64,000 nt of DNA from Chrysomallon squamiferum. Its lineage: Eukaryota; Animalia; Mollusca. Below, piece by piece: positions 56,810-64,000 of this stretch. Made by a program: the position numbers and the translations under genes. Each line of letters begins with the position of its first letter. The stretch's first letter is position 1. A model generated the notes under the pieces. The model searched no databases, was not told where the DNA came from, and saw only the letters and a list, made by a program, of their open reading frames with translations. The DNA is taken from contig CM022676.1 of the NCBI GenBank assembly GCA_012295275.1, positions 5,766,001-5,830,000 on the forward strand. The letters are read 5' to 3'.

Positions 56810-57045
56810 TATTGTGGCAGACCTCTTACTAAGATTCACAGACACCTACAGTTATTCTTGAGTTATATAGTAGTACCTATTGTGGCAGACCTCTTAATCA
56901 CACAGTACACACCTTCACTTCTTTCTTGCATTACTACATACCAGCCATTGTGGCAGACCTCTTACTTTTGATGTTAGACACCTACAGCTTAAGCCAAGCC
57001 AGACATCTTGTATTAAACACTTTGTACTTGTGGCAGACCTCTCTC
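56810..57045 (+). repeat. Four ~70-80 bp degenerate units starting TTGTGGCAGACCTCT
   Basis: Copies at ~56812, 56880, 56948 and 57028. Confidence 0.75.
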
Positions 57046-58359
57046 TCTCTCTCTTGGAGGATACTCGCAGGAACTCGACTCACAAAACCGGGCAGGATGG
57101 AAAGTTCAAAAACGGCAGTCCTCTTTGAAGATTTTTATTTTGAAGATCTTTCATGTTCATGTTGGTGTTGACATTCATAACATCAACATGTTGCCAACAC
57201 GGTTGACAAACTGAGGTCTTCAGTGAAACTCTGAGTCTTTAATAAGGCCTGTAATTTTGCAGGGTAGGAATACAAATATGGCTGAACTAACAAAAACAAG
57301 AGACCGTGTGTGTGTTTGTGTTTGGTGTTTTTGTAAGATGTTTACCGATCTCGTTAAATGAATATCACATGGGTTTTGTGATGGGTTTGTGATGAAAGAA
57401 AATGGAGCTAGGGGAAGAAGGTGTGTGTGCGTGCATGCGTGCGTGTGTGTGTGTGTGATTTGAATTTAAATTAAATTAGAAGGTATATTTTGGTATAAAT
57501 TATATTTGGTTGATGTAAAAATAAAGGTTTAATTTAATATTTATTTATTTATTTATTTAGTTAGTTATTTGTTGTTTTTAATCATTACAATATGAATCTA
57601 AATTAAATTAGAAAATACACTTTTTTATATTTACTTTTAGATGTTGAAAAAGATGTTGTTTTTTCTTATTTTAATTTTAATTTTAATTATTTTTTATTTA
57701 TTTATTTATTTTATTTTGTTTTATTTTATTTTATTTTATTTTTTAAATTACTATTCCAATTTGAATCTTAATTAAATTAGAAGATTCATTAAATTATTCA
57801 TTAATTGATATAAAAATGGTTATATTTTGTTTTTATTATTATCTTCATTTTGAATCTAAATTAAATTAATATAATTTTTTTTTATTGTTTTACGAATTTT
57901 CCTTTCTTTCCATGTTGAATATAAATCAAACATAAAACTTTCTTTTATAAAAAAAATATTTACAATTTAACCAAAAATTTCTTCTTTTATATAATAACTT
58001 GGAACGGGAATTATATTAGAAATTCTGTGTAAGATACATTTTATGTTCCAAAATGGTAGCAATATATATATTTTTATTATTATTATTATTGTCATCTTGT
58101 TGGTTTAAAGTCCCCAGGGCATTTTATTGGTTTTGGATTCTCAAGAGAAATGAATTTTTAATTGTTTGTATATTAAAGTGATAGAGTCTAGACAAATGCC
58201 GATGTTTGTGTCGTTTGTGTTTTTCTGTTTGCTTGTTGTGTACAATTTACATAAACATTTTATGTGTTTTGGCTTCACTGGGCTTTGTATGAATCATTCA
58301 TTTGGCGTTACGTTGTTATTAGTATACAGGTTGATGATGTGTGTGCTTAAGTATGTTCA

Positions 58360-58391
58360 TGTGTATGTTTGAGTGTGTGTGCATGTGTGTT

Positions 58392-58424
<33 letters not shown>

Positions 58425-58970
58425 GTGTATGTCTGTATATGTGTATATTCATATAATGTGTGATGTGAATATGGATGGATGGATGGATGGATGGTTGTAT
58501 GTATGTATGTATGTATGTATGTATGTATGTTGTATGTATATATGTATGTATGTATGTGTGTGTATGTTCATGTGTATGTTTGTAGTGTGTGTGTATGTGT
58601 GTGTGTGTGTGTGTGTAGTTATATGTATATATGTGTGTATGTCTATATGTGTATATTTATATAATGTGTGTATAAGGTATGTGAATATGGATGGATGTAT
58701 GTATGTATGTATGTATGTATGTATGTTTGTATGTTTGTATGTATGTATGTATGTATGTTTGTATGTATATGTATGTATGTATGTATGTTTGTATGTATGT
58801 ATGTATGTATGTATGTATGTTTGTATGTATGTATGTATGTATGTATGTATGTATATATGTATGTATATATGTTTGTATGTATGTATGTATGTATGTGTGT
58901 ATGTATGTTGTATTATTGTATGTATGTATGTATGTATGTATGTATATATATGTATTTATGTTTGTATGGA
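58360..58970 (+). repeat. (GT)n/(GTAT)n field
   Basis: Directly visible. Confidence 0.95.
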
Positions 58971-59100
58971 TCTGAATATTCTCTGTGAATATATTGAATA
59001 CTTATGTATGTCTGAATAGACTCTGCACATAGACAATATTTGGTAATGCACTGGTGCAGAAGGTCAAAGTTCAATCATGACCTCACAAACCTGTCAGATG

Positions 59101-59157
59101 CCACTGACAAGACTCGAACCCATTCACCTGCACTCTGAAGTCAGACCACAACACCAT
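59101..59157 (-). mobile_element. tRNA-derived SINE head remnant
   Basis: Minus strand reads TGGTGTTGTGG (A-box-like) ... GGGTTCGAGTCT (B box). Confidence 0.5.
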
Positions 59158-59757
59158 TTTAAGAAAACTCTTTCTCCATATTTTTTTTTCAATCCTAAAA
59201 TTTCTATTCTTTTTAAAATATTCTTACATTTAAACTAGCTTCTTCTGAGTTATTCATTCTACATTACTATTTTTTAATTTCAATTTTTTTTTCTTTATCA
59301 ATTTTTCATATCTTTCTTTCCTTTACGTTTTCTCCGACCCTAACTACAGTCTTCTCTCGTTCCATCTTTCTATCACACGTTAACCCCCACCCTCAGTTAA
59401 TAATCCCCATCTGTCCTGTCCCTCTTGTCTAAACCCCTCCATCCCACCGTCCATTCCCTCACCCTCCGTTTCCCTGTTATTTTTAAAATCTTTTGTATCT
59501 CCTCATCCACATAGGAGAGTTTCTTCAGTGCTTGAATCGGACACATTAATAACTAGTGTCACTGTTTATCTGTGTTTGAGGAAAGCAGCAAAGCTTACAC
59601 TGTGTACACAAAAACACAGTTACAAGTCGGTTTACAAGCCAGCAGATTTGCACAGATGTTTATAAGTTTATAAGTTTATAAGTTTATCCAGTTACGAAAG
59701 TTTTGTGAGATACAACAAGCAGTGTATTAAACAGATTTATAAGGAGATAGGTCTAGA

Positions 59758-59854
<97 letters not shown>

Positions 59855-59877
59855 TGTGTGTGAGTGTGTGTGGGTGT

Positions 59878-59909
<32 letters not shown>

Positions 59910-60034
59910 CTCATTTTTATTATATTATAATTTTTTTTTTTCACCTACAGCATTAATTTCATTTTGAAATATTAACATAATTTTTTTTGTTTATTTCTTT
60001 ATTTTATTATTAATATTATTATTATTATTATTAT

Positions 60035-60067
<33 letters not shown>

Positions 60068-60409
60068 TATTAACAATTCCATAATTAATCAAATTAGTTA
60101 TAAAACTTGCTATTCATCCATTTCTTATCATAGAACTTCAATATTAAAAAAAAATCTTCATTATAAAATTTCATCATCATTATTAAGGATCTTTGATTTT
60201 GAAAAAATCCTTTATCATCAACCTTTGTTGTACAAAACTTTATTATTATTACGTAACTTTATTATTAGGTAACCTTAGGTTAAAACCATTTCTAAACACA
60301 TCAACAAACATCAAAAACAACAACAACAACAACAACAAAGACACCACTAAAAACTCAACTACTGTTAGAGCAATCAGACAACAACAAGAAAAAAAAAAAA
60401 AAAGGTATT

Positions 60410-60605
60410 CAGCAATCACCAATTATCAGAATAATTGTTGCAATCACTGGCAGTCTGCTCAGCAGACAACGGCCGTTACGGACGAGGCTGCGCGCGATAA
60501 GTCATCGGTGCCGGCTTCGTAAGCACCTCTCTTCATCGACGATTCTCGTAACGCCGTTGCTGTCCACGATGTGAATGTCGTTAAAGAGTTGATCTGCTTA
60601 AGCCG
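60410..60605. promoter_or_regulatory. Small CpG-rich island (enhancer- or promoter-like)
   Basis: Locally very high CpG (e.g. GCTGCGCGCGATAAG) in CpG-poor surroundings, with no spliceable ORF. Confidence 0.35.
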
Positions 60606-60707
60606 TGTGTGTGTGTGTGTTGGTCATTTTTCTGTGTCTGGCAAATCTCTGCATGTTTTTGGTGATGTCGAAGTTGTGTTGATTTGTCCATGCTGAGTCT
60701 TTTACTG

Positions 60708-61492
60708 TTTCAGTGCTATGAAGTCATATTAATTATTTCAGTGGTTTGAAGTCATAATTATTATTTCAGTGGTATGAAGTTACATTATTTCAGTGGTATG
60801 AAGTCATATTATTTCAGTGGTATAAAGTTATATTATTTCAGTGGTATGGAGTTATATTATTTCAGTGGTATGGAGTTACATTATTTCAGTGGTATGAAGT
60901 CATATTATTTCAGTGGTATGGAGTCATAATTATTATTTCAGTGGTATGAAGTTATAATAATTATTTCAGTGGTATGGAGTTATAATAATTATTTCAGTGG
61001 TATGGAGTTATAATTATTTCAGTGGTATGGAATTTTATATTAATTATTTCAATGGTATGGAGTCATGATTATTGTTTCAGTGGTATGAAATCATATTAAT
61101 TCAGTGATATTGAGTCATATTTATTTCAGTGGTATGAAGTCATAATTATTAATTCAGTGGAATTGAGTCATATTTATTAATTAATTTATTTGAAGTCATA
61201 TTATTTCAATGGAATGGAGTCATTATTTCGGTCCTATGGCATCATTATTAATTCAGTGGTATGGAGTTACATTAATTCAGTGGTATGATGTTATATTTAT
61301 TAACGCAGTGGTATGAAGTCATAATATTTCAGTGGTATGATGTTATATTAATTCAGTGACACAGAGTAATATTATTTCAGTGGTATGGAGTCATAATTAG
61401 TATTGCAGTGGTACAAAGTCACTTTAATTCAGCAACATGGAGTCACAGTAATTCAGAGACATGGAGTCACAGTAATTCAGAGACATGGAGTC
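60708..61492 (+). repeat. 24-29 bp minisatellite TTATTTCAGTGGTATG(A/G)AGT(C/T)ATA
   Basis: Roughly 30 copies, diverging towards the right end. Confidence 0.9.
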
Positions 61493-62207
61493 TTGTCAGA
61501 TTCGATGGTGTGGATTCAGGCAGTAATTTCGGTGATACAAAATCGCTGTTAATTTGTTGAAACGTTCTCTGTAATGTTCGACATCTCGCTGTAATGTCTG
61601 GTTGTTTGGGTTCCAATGTTTGTCGTTATCCACACACACGAACCGAAATTACGGGTCGTTAAAAAGAACAGTTTCGAGAAAGATTCAAGCTTGCCTTGAA
61701 AACTGATTCGCGTTCCGGTTCTGAGAAACAATTACGTTTTTTGGATGTGTGTGCATGCATGTTGTTGATTTTTTTTGTGTGTGTGTGTGTGTGTGTGTGC
61801 AGAATGGCTATTGTGGCGGTCAGATTGTGGCCATCATCCGGTTTTCGAGAAAGAATCGAGTTTTTTGGGGGGTGAAAAGAAAATTGCTCAGTTTTGTTGG
61901 GTTTTATGGTTTCATGGGTTGGTCGTGTAAATTGGTGATGTTCGGTTTAAGTCAGGTTACAGAGAGACAACAGTTGTAATAGGATTTTTATTAGCTTGCT
62001 TGATGATGTCTGTTTTAATGCTGGGTGATATTTTATGATCGCCCTTTGCAGTATTTTGTGATGGTCTCTAGTGCTAGGTCGTATTGCTTTATTGTGTGAT
62101 TATACAAGTAATGTTTGGTGGCAGGATTGTGAAACTGAATGTTTGATAAATATTTTTTCTTCATATAGATGTTGATGTATATCTATAAATGTTGTAAAAT
62201 ATGTAAA

Positions 62208-62320
<113 letters not shown>

Positions 62321-62561
62321 TATATAAAGAAAAAGATTGAAATTGAAACTTGATGGAGAAAACTGAAATAAAAAGAAATAAAAGGGAAAGAAAAGACAAG
62401 AGAATGATTTAATAAAGAAGAAAGAGAGAGAGAGAAAGAAAGAAAGAAAAAGAAAAAATAGAAATATGGAGAGAAAAAGAGTAAGAGACCAAAAAAATTG
62501 GACGTCTGGAAGAATGAAAGAGAAAGCAATAATCATAGAGAGAGAAAGAGAGAGAGAGAGA

Positions 62562-62636
<75 letters not shown>

Positions 62637-63231
62637 ATAATTAATAATGTTAACTTCAGATTATACAAGAAAACAAAAATAACAACCATAAACTGTTAAT
62701 GTTAAAAATTCTGTTAAATGAAAAATCAAAAAAACCCACTAACTATTAATGAAAGAGAAAAAGAAAAAGAGATATCCAAAAAAAGAGAGAGAGAGAAAGA
62801 GAAGTAAATGGCTAGTTAATAATGTTAACTTCATCATCATCATCATCGTCGTCATCAATACAATAAAACAAGCCATAAACTGTTAATATTAAAACATTCT
62901 GCAACTACATTAACATCATCAACATCGATCCAATGGAAAAAAAAAAAAAAAAAAAAATAATCCATCTTTCAGTAACATTAACCTTGAAAATCACCAGACT
63001 TGTGTCCACTTTAACCAAGCTGATAATTCCTTAACAATGTCCATTTTGCACTGACCGACTGAATGACCAACTGCTGGACCTAAGTGGTCGCAGGGAGTCT
63101 GCGGGGGGGGGGGAGGTGTGACTAATGAGTAATTCCTAGATCGAAGAAGAAGAAGAAGAAGAAAAGAGAGTGAATAATTACAAGTGTTCAGTTGTAACTT
63201 CAAAGAAAATTAATAGAGAGAGCACGGTGGT

Positions 63232-63313
63232 TTTTTTGGTAAACTACTTCGCCGAATGAATGAAGTCCTGTCATTTTTTGGTAACTACTTCGTCGAATGA
63301 ATGAAGTCCTGTC
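63232..63313 (+). repeat. ~42-bp tandem duplication
   Basis: TTTTTGGTAA(A)CTACTTCG(C/T)CGAATGAATGAAGTCCTGTCA occurs twice. Confidence 0.85.
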
Positions 63314-63529
63314 AGTCAGTGAAGGAAATGGGGGTGGTGGGGGGTTGTCCAGTTATTTCTGTTTGAGTGAGTTTCTTTAAAAAAAAAAAAAAAAAAAAAA
63401 AATGGCTGAGAATGATTATTGTGAAGACACGTGTTCGAATAATAAGAAATTTAATAAAGTCGTCACTACGGAACAGCAACTACAACAGTGTTGACATTTG
63501 TTCAGTCGTGTTTATTCAGATCCCAATCG

Positions 63530-64000
63530 TAGCAACTACTACCACAACTACTACTACTACTACTACAACTACTACTACTACTACCACAACTACTACTACT
63601 ACTACTACTGCAACTACTACTGCTGCTGTTGCCACCATCACTGCTATTACTAATAATATTTAACAATTACTACTTCTACTATTATTAGTACTATAACAAC
63701 TACAACCACATCAAATACAGCAACAACAACAACAACTGCTATAGCAGTAATTTGTTGAGATGTGTCCAGACTGTACTTCAGCTACAAGGACAATATGTTT
63801 CACTCACATTACTACAACAAATACTACAATTACACCAACTACTACTACTACTTTAGCATAACTACTACTACTATTACTGCAACAACTATAAAAAACAGCC
63901 ACTGAAATTGTAACAACAACACTAACAACTACAACAACAACAACAACTACCGCCAAAAAAAAAAAAAAAAAAACATAAAACAACTACTACAACAACAGCA
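63530..64000 (+). repeat. (ACT)n/(ACA)n field
   Basis: Directly visible. Confidence 0.85.

Noticed and set aside
26799-59157. Functional tRNA genes at the A/B-box sites
   Set aside because: Acceptor and anticodon stems cannot be formed, so they were treated as SINE heads.
60500-60600. Protein-like minus-strand stretch DQLFNDIHIVDSNGVTRIVDEE
   Set aside because: Bounded by stops, with no polypyrimidine acceptor and only a weak donor.
60708-61492. CRISPR-like regular repeats (also 54040-54290 and 56810-57045)
   Set aside because: No unique spacers of constant length, no cas genes, and a eukaryotic context. These are ordinary minisatellites.

Overview
AT-rich, extremely microsatellite-rich animal genomic DNA. 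The decayed tRNA-SINE family and patchy CpG depletion suggest an invertebrate, probably a mollusc (inference). I can support no protein-coding exon: essentially all listed ORFs are translated simple repeats. The first ~9 kb holds several CpG-rich promoter-like islands with YY1, E-box, E2F and NF-Y motifs. A probable non-coding first exon on + ends at a donor AAG|GTAGGT at 9039/9040. The remaining ~55 kb looks like one very long, mostly CpG-depleted intron containing minisatellites, SINE remnants and enhancer- or alternative-promoter-like islands. The most striking unexplained feature is a quasi-periodic architecture (about 1-1.4 kb, by eye). Short complex islands alternate with simple-repeat spacers that are strand-polarised, A/C-rich to the left and T/G-rich to the right of each island. 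Also notable are a strong candidate recursive splice site at 29586/29587 and a tandem array built from a tRNA-SINE head, caught mid-way through a unit-length change. All coordinates and spacings were read by eye.
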